A stretch of 58,918 nt of DNA, filler included, from Sphacelaria rigidula (lineage: Eukaryota): NCBI GenBank assembly GCA_964200075.2. It is 4 parts of 4 records of this genome, joined end to end, with 100 filler letters (N's around TTAATTAATTAA, not from the genome) between each part and the next. Parts side by side here need not be neighbours in the genome. Positions count along the whole stretch, not along the records: positions 14,757 to 29,411 come from CAXNAA020002121.1; positions 29,512 to 44,166 come from CAXNAA020002122.1; 2 more parts are not named here. One strand, written 5' to 3'. The position numbers were made by a program, and so were the translations under genes. The notes below the pieces were generated by a model, which worked only from the letters and a program-made list of their open reading frames with translations, was not told the DNA's origin and made no database searches. Shown one piece after another: positions 26,330-36,228 of the stretch. Each line of letters starts with the position of its first letter. Within the stretch, counting starts at the first letter, position 1.

Positions 26330-28700
26330 ACCGTCGAACTCATTCCCGCTCCACCTCGTACCCTGATCCAGCCTCCTGCTGCAGCTCCTGCTTTTATCTA
26401 CTGGCACCTCTAACACCACCTTGATACAAGCGTCACTTGCACGGACATGGGTATTTTTACACATGTGACCTCCACCTCCCCCCCTTCTGTCACACCTCCG
26501 GCGGTATCCCCGCTGCAGACAAATTCGTGGCACCACCAATCTGCGGAGAATGCAAAAAATGCGAAGCAAACTCTTCCGCCATAAGTCTGGTCGACGCCAC
26601 CATTTCTCGCAGGGCAATCACTGTGTCGTGGCGATTCCACATCATTATCTCCCCATCCGCACCCCCCATATTCCATAAGCGGAGCATCAGCGGGATACGA
26701 AGTCGCTTCCAACATTAGGTCCAGCGTCAGAGAGACAGTACCCCTCTCCCCCTGTCTGAAAGATTCGGGATACCGTTACGAACGCGAGCAATCCCTTCTT
26801 CCCGTCTGCATATCCCATATACTCCACCAAACCCCTCACATTGAGTGATTGATATCTCTATACGCGATCTATCAACACTAGCGAGCCCGACTCTCTCTGA
26901 AACTTGGCCCACATCCTAAAATACCTCCCACATGTTCTGAGATGGTCCTGCATTCGCCAAGGGACATCGGGACGGAGATACTTCAAGTTAGACTGAACCG
27001 ACCGCTTCGGCCGCCGCGATATACGTACGATCTGACCAAACCGTCCATGATGTTACTACGCCGGCCGCGGCCGCCGCCGCTGCCGATTAGAAGTCGCCCA
27101 AGCCGCGATGGCAATGCCCGATACTTCACCTTCACCCCGTTGATGGAAATACCATGGGAAAGGACGATCCCGCCTTGAAAGGAAGAACGTTCCCCTTTGA
27201 GGGGCCATATCTCCACCACTCAGGTCCACATCATCCCGCAGCATCGGAGGCATCAAAAACAACGACCACGAGGGCGGACACAGAAAGTCAGACATCTCGT
27301 TTGCATCAAACAAGGGCGGGCTGTTCTCGCTACGCTCGCCTAACAGAAGAAAAAAGAAGGGAAAATAGACCAGATAATGAGGATTGGGACGCACACAACC
27401 ACCTCCTACCGTCTGTTAAACATTGAATCTCAGTATCATGGATCGTTGATGTTGCAACCGCTTCTCCGAATCGCCGTCGCTGGAGATACAACCAAACCCC
27501 AATAGATTGGGCTTCTGTGCCAACCAACGAATCAACTTCCGGGAAATCCTTGAGGCCGCTGAACCAAGTCCGTATAGTGGCAATGTCGATCTGGTGTGCA
27601 AACACTTTACGCCCGATCCGGACAGAAGGACATCGACGGCACCGCCACAGCCACACAAATGAACGAACCTACTGCGGCGATGCGACCCAAGAGGGTCACA
27701 ACCGTGGTTCCCGACATACAGCGTATTCTTGCCGGGGCTCACCACGAAAGGAGGATGCAATAAATGAATTAATGACTTCGAATCCATTAATAAGGGAACC
27801 TTCCATGCTGCAACCGACTTCTGCGCCCACGATTTCTGCAACCGTAGCGCATGCAGCTTGGTTATCTCAGCGTTTGCCACGGAAGAATTGAGAGGCCCAA
27901 TATCTACAATCCACCCCAGTACTTCCGACCGCGTATCCCAGGTCCACGCCGCCGTCTCGAGTTTGTCTGCGAGCAGTATCGATTCAGGATGCGAACACTT
28001 CACGCCCGATCCGGGCATCGAAGATATCGACACGATCGCCGAACACCTACGCAAATGAACGAACCCACTACGGCAATGCGACCCACGACTTGAACGCCCG
28101 TGGTTCTCAACATATCCCGGGATTCGCCGGGCCATTCAACGAATGGAGCATGCAATATAATGAATGAATGATGAAACCGGTAAACGACGGAATCAACGAT
28201 ATGATCTTCATGAATCATCACACTATCAGCTAGCAATATCAATTGAGAATAGATCGTTGATTGTGTCACCACTTCCTCAGGTTGGTCTGCAATCCGCAGA
28301 CACAGTGACATCAGTGCCCCGACGACGCATGCGAATAGCGCCCGCGGTACAACGATCAATCTTGGGCACGGCAGCATCACAATAGGAAGTATGGTTGTGC
28401 GCATGCTTCAACGCCGCCGCAATCAACCTCCGAAACAATGGGCTGCTGTGCCAGCCAACCTTCAAGAAAAAGTCGGCATGCCGTGCTCCAACATCTGCAC
28501 CAATGATCAACTCGCCCGTGCCGCCGAAGCAACTTCGTTCGATGACAGTGCCGATCTGGAATGCGCATGCTTTATGCTCGACCCAGGAAACGAAGACATC
28601 CACACGACCGCCATATTCGCGCTGCATGGGCGAAGCAACTACGGCAATGCGACCCAGGGGGTCAACAGCCGCGGTTTCCGTCATATCGCGCACCCCCTCT
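26330..28700 (-). mobile_element. Degenerate tyrosine-recombinase retrotransposon (DIRS/Ngaro-like) with RT and YR relics
   Basis: YR C-terminal box HSPQIGGATNLSAAGIPPEV*QKGGRWRS (HSxRIGGAT...GRWxS) at ~26460-26560. Upstream RT-like fragments LKVGWHSSPLFRRLIAAALKHAH (~28390-28470) and WDTRSEVLGWIVD...LLH...VVSPGK (~27730-27945). Many stops and frameshifts. Confidence 0.8.
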
Positions 28701-29411
28701 ACTGCAAACGTTCCACATCAATCACGCCCAAATACATCTCTCCCTCAGGGACCAATACATACTAGGATTTGGGCGAGGAACCAGGCGCCAGCGTGTCGCG
28801 GTCACAACCCCTTTCGTGGTAGCCCCGAACATCACACGCGAGTGCGCTCTCCGCTTCTTTCTGCTTCGCCGCCGCGAGCTCTCACTCTCTCGGGGCAGTG
28901 GAAATGTTGCCGATCCCCGCTGGTTCCTGTATGCGCACCCTTACGCCCCTTCCCTTCGCCGACCCCCTGCCGCGTGCTCGTCGACATTGAGACAGCTTGA
29001 GGCAGCACAGAGTGCAGATTGTAGGCCACAGACAGTACTGTAGCACCTCCAACAATACAGATTACAAGCTAAGAAGCCCTCGACAAACCCCGATCACGAC
29101 GTCTTTTAGATCACCCAGTTGACCCCACTTGATCTCACTTCACCAGTTTGGAACACCCCAGTTCTACCCTCTTGCTAGGTGACCTTGTTCGCTCTCACAC
29201 GATGTTGTGTCGGAGCACATGAGACGCTGTTTTCCTCTGCACATCTCGTGTACTCCACGCCACGAGAGATGAGAAAAAGCAGGGCGAGTACCCCGAAGCA
29301 CTGTTCTCTTGTGACAACGAACATTAGGCGCGTGCGTTGACAGAACAAACAACAAACGCCAGATCTGTCAGAAGTGTACACCGAAAGAAAGGAAGAGAGA
29401 AGATAATAGAG

Positions 29412-29511
29412 NNNNNNNNNNNNNNNNNNNNNNNNNNNNNNNNNNNNNNNNNNNNTTAATTAATTAANNNNNNNNNNNNNNNNNNNNNNNNNNNNNNNNN
29501 NNNNNNNNNNN
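29412..29511. other. Assembly gap with spacer
   Basis: 44 N + TTAATTAATTAA + 44 N. Confidence 0.98.
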
Positions 29512-30238
29512 CCCCCCCTATCTGATGTACTTTATTGCTCCAGTAAAGGCGGGGGGGGGGGGCGAGCGATGCTCCTTGAGCATATGGCACAGTTGACCAA
29601 AATTAGTTGTCCTTTTGTGTCATCATGTCGCCCTCTGGCCCCTTCATCGGGTTGAGTACTTGGTTATCCAAGTTTTGTTGGCATTCGTCTCCCCATCCCC
29701 TGATGCAGCCTCGACTTGTCAAGTATGTTGAAATTGTACATGAGAGCAGCAGTCAAAAAGGGGGTATAGATGGCCCTCTTAAAAGGTTGATGAAAAGGGC
29801 ACACCAGAATGTCGGCTGAGAGAGGAAGGTCGGTTGACCGTTTGAGGCCTTTCATGCCGTCATTCGACACGGTGTGCGAATGCTTGCCCCCTTTCGTGTC
29901 CCGCTGTATTCTTCGCAAGTGATTTCGTCATCATCGCGGAGCGGTTGTTTCTCTTCTTGTAGCTGCACCTACGACGGCACGCAGCAGCCCCAAACACAAG
30001 GATATCCAACCATGCACTAGTCAGAAAACGCCTTGCCGTGGACGGCGCACAAAATGTGTGCTGCGCAAGGCAACTGTTATATATTACGGCGAAGGACTCG
30101 TATGCCACGCTAACTGCAGCAGGTATAGAGTAGTCTACAGTGTAGTCGAGCCGGTTAGCCCGTTTGGATATTCATCGTCGCGAACGCGTCATCTCCCATT
30201 GCTCGTTGTTGATCTGTAGTAACTTGCGTGTATACAAT

Positions 30239-30752
30239 GGAGTCATGCCACGGTAGGGGTTGCTCATTTAGGCTTGGATGCTTCTCGTTGAGGGGCTCCT
30301 GAAGTTAGGAGCTACACAAATATATGAATCAGGATATTCCTGTGTTTTTTTTTTTGTTCATCGAAACATCCCTAGCTCATTGTAATGCTGGTCGTAGCGT
30401 GCTCTCATGTATTTCATGAGTCGCTTTTTGGATGAGATAAAGAGCGTCAAACCTGGAGCAATGCTACGGTAGGGGTGCACTTTTTGCGAAAAATCTTGTC
30501 TGGTTCAGGGGCTCGTAACGACTCTAGATGTACAATAATATGGGTCAGGGGATCCCCGTTTGCAAATTCATTCGGGATATCGCTATCATATTAGGATAGT
30601 AATTCTGGCGTACTCCCACATATTTCATGAGTCGTGTTTTGGATGAGATGAAGGGCTCCGAACAATTCTAACCTCAGAAAGTGTTAGTGCACCCCTGCCG
30701 TAGCATCACTCCCTGATGTAATCTTTTGTGCTCCCCTACCGTGGTACGCCTC
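30239..30752. mobile_element. Two nested copies of one MITE family
   Basis: Inner TIRs GGAGCAATGCTACGGTAGGGGTGCACT (30455) / AGTGCACCCCTGCCGTAGCATCACTCC (to 30712). The outer TIRs are more degenerate. The internal motif ATTTCATGAGTCG..TTTTGGATGAGAT occurs in both copies. Confidence 0.7.
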
Positions 30753-30952
30753 GACGACCGTCACTATGACGCCTGCGCAACATGCCTAAAAAAGGACAAG
30801 GAAAGGAGTACTCAATGTGAAGGGCAATAGGCAAAACGGGGTAGCAGAAAAGCAAGAGGGCGTGTTTTCCCAACATAGCCTAGGCAGGGGGACGTACGCC
30901 CCCACGCGAAGGTAGTGTTATGTGTGAAAAAAAAGTAATGAGCGCCCAAATG

Positions 30953-31225
30953 TTCGAGGTGTCTCTATTAAGAGCAGGAACGGTGCTCCATCTCGAAAGA
31001 GATGCGCGGCCAATGATCAAACGAGTAAGGCAATCAGCAAATGAGTACGCCCCCCTCCCCCCTCCCCTCCCCTGACTATGGCATGCATGATCATGAGTAC
31101 ACCCCCCCCCTCCCCCCCTGGTCCGGTGAAAAGTCGGCGTTCTCAGTCCCTGCTTTGCAGGGATGCGAGGTCAATGGTCTGATGACTACGACATTCGAGA
31201 TCATGAGTACACCCCCTCCCCCCTG
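30953..31225 (+). repeat. Dispersed repeat with TGACTATGGCATGCATGATCATGAGTACACCCC subrepeats
   Basis: Reverse-complement copy at ~56970-57160; partial copies at ~55826-55925 (+) and ~47480-47510 (-). Confidence 0.75.
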
Positions 31226-33137
31226 TAGCACTATATAGAATTTTGCACGTTGGTCGAAAACACAACAAATTCTGTATGAACGCCTCTACAAGCCGCTGCA
31301 TAAGCTGCGGTAGTGATCCAACTTACGTGGACGGCTGTCCAGAGAAACTGATATTGTCCTACGTCCTGCCTATTGAGTGCGGAGCAGTCTCCCTAAGAAA
31401 CGCCCGAACTTAGCCGCCACTGATGTTGTTTTAGTCCTCACACCAGGTTGATATTTCTCGCGGTCAGCTCATACCTGCATCTCGACAAGCAGTTTTATAT
31501 TCTTGTTCCGCGTGCAGGAACGTACTTTGAACCCGAGAGTTCACCATTATTTCAGGCGTCTGACCACGTCTGGCAGAGCAGCATCATTACCAGATACCAG
31601 GTGTACGTAGCCTAGAACACGCTACGGACTCCCTTGCCACAGGGTTCTCCATTTCCCTGGGGGCAGGGGTAGGGGTAGGGGTAGGATTTAAGGCGTGTCT
31701 TATTGAGACCAAAAAAAGAAGCGGGAAAGGGAACAAGCGTCCAAGAGCAGCATGTTGATAAGTCGCTGCAACCATGCACCCGCCGGGCGGTCAATCAACA
31801 TGCTGCTTTTGGAGCTTGTTCCTTTTCCCGCTTCTTTTGTTGGTGTCAACAAGACATGGCCTTAGCAGATCCAAGTTGTCTCAACCATGGAATATTTCGC
31901 CGACGTACAACCGTAAGCCCACCCTCCCCCCCGACAGACAGACAGACACACATGCGTACTGTGCGTCGCGTACGTCCTTCTCCCATCGCGCCTGCCAATG
32001 ACTTGTCCGCAGACTGGGTTCAACTATATCGATGGCGGGTGCGTGGCTTCTCTCCCGCTCCTGTACGGCGTGGTGGTGTTCTCCGTGGTGGTAGTAGGAA
32101 GGTTGGGAGTCTTTTCTTTGAACTGCTCGCCCCGCACGCATACCCGATGACGATAGGCGAAGCGGGCGCGCCGAGGAAGAAGCGGGAGGTGGGGTGGGGA
32201 TGGGGTCGACGGGCTGTGGTAGGCGTGCTGAGTGTTATTGGTCTGGAACCGTTTGTTGGTGCAGTGCGTGGGTGGTGTAGTATAGTAAATCATGTCGCAT
32301 GCCTGTCGTTCGTGTGCGGCTTGCCGTTGGATGTGTTTCCAGGGACACAGCTTTTGAGCGGTTGTTCCGCGGTCTGTTCAGCGGCACGGAGGATGTGTTG
32401 GTTGTGCAGTGTGTATTTCAAAGCCATGGTTATTCGCGTGATCCGTCGATCTGTTTGATTTCCGTGTTTGAGTGTCTGGCTTTCTTCAGAAGAGCATATC
32501 TATGTGTGTGTATATTGTTTTTGGCACACATCCGCGGTACCATACTGACTGCCATCGTATGAGAAGATGAAAAGGGGTTTGAAAAAGCAGCTATGACTTG
32601 CTGTACATACACGATCATATCTGGCAGTTGAATGCTTTGAAGCCATGAACAGTGTTGGCTTTGTCTTAGCGTCCCTGTGACATTTCCTTGTACAGTGCCG
32701 CGCTCCGGCAAGCCGGGCAAAAGAAGAAAAGTTCCAATTAATGTGGATGCATGCGCGTGTCCGTCCGACAGGTCTTGCGTGTCCCTTGCTGCATACAGTA
32801 GGAGAGGAAGGATCGTACACACCATTTCGTCTTTGTTGAAATCGAATTTGTACATTTGTTGTACGATGAGTGCTGAACGATTACGCGTATGTTCTGTTAT
32901 TACACGTAGCATGTACAGTAGTTCGTTGCCAGCTGTATACTTATGTTATCGGATATGTGGCATGCAGGGAGTGACCATGATCCATCCGTCCGGCTTACTT
33001 TTGAATCGTGTGATATTGTAGCTCCGGCTTTCGCGTGTGACCACGGTCAGGTTAAAGTAATGGTACATCCACGGGACCACCAATCAAACTGCACAAGTAG
33101 GTTTACCTCCAAAGGTACTCAGTCATAACAAGAGGTA

Positions 33138-33969
33138 TCACGTGCCCATACAGACGTATATCATATGTAACCGCCTCTGTCCCGTAAGTCGGGCATTTTT
33201 ACACGGGCCCTTAACCGTGTCCAATGCGTTAGACGACAATGTTCTCAAAATCTTTGGCTCTTTTTTCCCCGCGTGGGGGCTCGCGCCGTCCTGCTGCTGT
33301 ACTGCTTGCTCGAACGTAGCCACGGCATCTTGAGCTTGACCGCAGGAAATTCATCGAGGAACCACGCCTTGTGCCACTCGGCGTCCATGGGGCCGTCGAA
33401 TTCGCTTCCTCGGACATCTCTCGACTGTTTTCAGAACACGAATTCGCCAGGTGCTGATATTTTTATCGACGTCATGGCTCGTGTCTGGCCGAGCGTATGC
33501 CATCATCAACATCATCTTCGGCAGGTGGCTCTTGTGCTGTACGCGGAGAGACCCCGGAACAGCTTCACTCGGGGAGATTCGGACCTCCTCCTTGTTCCTT
33601 TGAAAGAAAAACCAACGTTCGTCCAGATGGATGACGCGTACTTGAAAAAGGAAGTTACCGGTTGCCTCGTCTACCTGACCGCAGACAAAGTTGACCTGGC
33701 GTTTCTTCTGGGCCCCGGAAAGGGACGGCTTGATTCGGTGCGCCACTTTTCCCGCCCTTTTTTTTGAAACCACCGCTTGCTGTATCTGAGCCGTGTTCCA
33801 GCCCGGTCTCATTCAGCTCATTGGACTCTTGCCTGGGCGAAAATGAGCGATTCTGCTTGTTGACTGTCCGCGGCGCCGGGACCTTCGTTGGAGTATGAAG
33901 CGACGGCCGACCACTCCAGGGTTCATTCAAGAGGTGGTTCCGTGTATCTGAGCTTGGCAGCTTTTCCAT
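33138..33969 (-). mobile_element. Frameshifted Tc1/mariner transposase, plant-mariner (DD39D-like) type
   Basis: SGRPSLHTP (N-terminal region), IKPSLS, IHLDERWFF (first D), VQHKSHLPKMM...ARP and QQDGASPH (second D), spread over several frames. The third-D motif is not seen. Confidence 0.88.
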
Positions 33970-34459
33970 AGTTTAGTCGGGTACTCGGGACCAACATAGT
34001 ACGGCTCAGTGAGCGGAAATATAATGCTCTTCGGCACCCTTGAGTTGCGTAGCGGAATGGCCAGCGCTATCTCCACCGCCATGCGTAACGCCGGCCCGAT
34101 GATACTACGGCGCCCCGTTCACGACGTGGGGGTGCACACAAGGGAAAGTCCATCTTGGTTGTGGTAGGTGGTGGGCTATTACACCTCGAAATAATAAACA
34201 AAGTAGACAATCTCAAAGCATTCTGAAAAAAATCTCTCCACAAAATGCCCTCAATTGCCCCCCCCCCCGAAATGGACAATTTATTCCTGCTGAAGTTCCG
34301 AATAACTATGACTCGGTCTTTGTTTTATTCCTGACGAATACCACCATAGCTTCATGGTTTTAACGGATCTAACTAGAGCATCGCAGGCACTCCATTTGTG
34401 GGAATACGATCTGCACCCTATAACAGACTTGACTTCTGGGACACAGGAAACATACACGT

Positions 34460-34672
34460 AGTGTGTGTTGTCGTCCCATTTATTCTGGGCGTCAGTCTAC
34501 ACCTTTAGGTATATGTGGGCGCATCAGCGGGGGTCACACAGGAGGAAGGTTAACACAAGAGCTTTTTCTCTTCTATTTGTTTTTAATTCTTCACCTTCCT
34601 TCTGCGGTGCTTGCCTTTTATTTTTTATCGAGAGAGGAGTTCGGCAGTCCCTTTCCCTCGTCGACCGTTAAG
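34460..34672 (-). mobile_element. 5'-truncated copy of the SINE at 6978-7345
   Basis: Near-colinear match TGTCGTCCC...CAGTCTACACCTTT...GGTCACACAGGAGGA...CCCTTTCCCTCGTCGACC. Confidence 0.8.
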
Positions 34673-35520
34673 TAGTAGATGTTTGTATACTCTGCTTTCT
34701 TCCACAAAAAATGGTCGAAGTGTACGTGGCATGGGGGCATTATTATTACGAATCAGAAGACTTACTTGCCTCCTCTCCCCCACCCCCTCCCATCGTACTC
34801 TCATTCGTCACCATTTTCGATCTCTGGCTGATGTGTTCACAGACAGTGCGATGGTTTATTGATCGTACACTCCGAGTTGGGTTGACTCCTCGAGCCTATG
34901 GACTTATCCGGAGGAAGGGAAGGGCTGAAGTACGGCGGGGGGGAAGAATAAGAGTATCAAAATATCGCGTTGAGTCATGCGGCCAGAGAAGTTACTGTTT
35001 TGACGAGGCAAAAAAATCTACATGTTGCGAATCAAAGTGAAAAAGCCGCGCAATTGAGCGACTGGGAAGTCCTGCGCTCGGGATTGTTTTCGCCAGTGTT
35101 GCCAATATGTGAGGTGCTTCACTCAGTCTGAATGTTCTGGAGTAATTTTGAGGGGGGGCGATTGGCCACGTGTGGGTACTAGCCCAATAAATGGTACAAC
35201 CGACACCACCACTAGGTCGGATAAAACGCGGATGCGATCCCCGTCGAGATCCACCAAGTGGCTCTCCTCTCGTAGTGAGAGTAGTGTAACTGATTTTCGT
35301 CGTTGGAAACGCGAGGCCGCCGTGAATAGTAGCGAAAAGAAGAATCTGTTGGTTGACTGAGTTTGTTAGACGGCGACAGTCAGTCGTGCTGATGCAATCT
35401 GCGATCCCAAACTTGTTGCTTTCCGTGAAGTATTGTTCACTTGCGTGCTGAAGATCCTTGATATTTTCCGGCCCAATAAAAATCCCGAAGCTGGACTGCA
35501 CAGTAAACTTTAATGTAACA

Positions 35521-35655
35521 GCACTGAGCCTCGGTGATCTAAGGGATACAAGAAACGCCAGTTGCGGAGGTCACGAGTTCAAATCCCGACACAAACACTT
35601 TCTTCCCCCCCAGCAGAATCTGGATACTGGATACTGTGTGGTTCGTCGTTGAGGT
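35521..35655 (+). mobile_element. tRNA-like SINE head or pseudo-tRNA
   Basis: B-box-like GAGTTCAAATCCCG, with a degenerate A box upstream; no valid cloverleaf. Confidence 0.4.
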
Positions 35656-36228
35656 AATATATTATCATCCATGTAGAACATATGTTTCCCCCTTATTTTT
35701 TGTTCTACGGCAGAGCGTGCGTCAGCACGTTTGTCTGCAGTTCATAGCGATATACGTGCTGGTTCGGGAAACTACTGCAGAAGTTATCGTGAGCCCGCGG
35801 TGTGCGCGTTTTCAGGCTGGAGTGAAAGAAGACGAAAATAAGATAAGCATTACACAATAATCAACATAGTAGCCTGAATCTGGTGCGTCGCGAGTGGGGG
35901 AAAAATGAAAGGGTGTGCAGACTGCCGAGAGCTACCACAAATCCCCCCGCACTCGTTTTCCACTGATGCGGAGAACAGCATTCACTGTGGCTCAGGCGCC
36001 CACATGGAACGTTGTGGTGCCCTGTATAGGTATTTGCAAGCAGTAGAACCGTAACTTGAAGACTGAGAACCGTTCCGCGGGATCGCACCAACGACAAACG
36101 GGACATGTGAGGCGAAAAGTATGATGTCTAATGACCAAACACAGTGTACAGTAGATTATGTGGCGGCGGGGGGCGACAGGAAGACATTGTCCTGGATAGG
36201 CTCAGTGGGACCTGTTGCCGTAGGGATC

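Noticed and set aside
31659..31686. (GGGGTA)n G-quadruplex or telomere-like tract
   Set aside because: Only ~4 units; a simple repeat with no supporting context.
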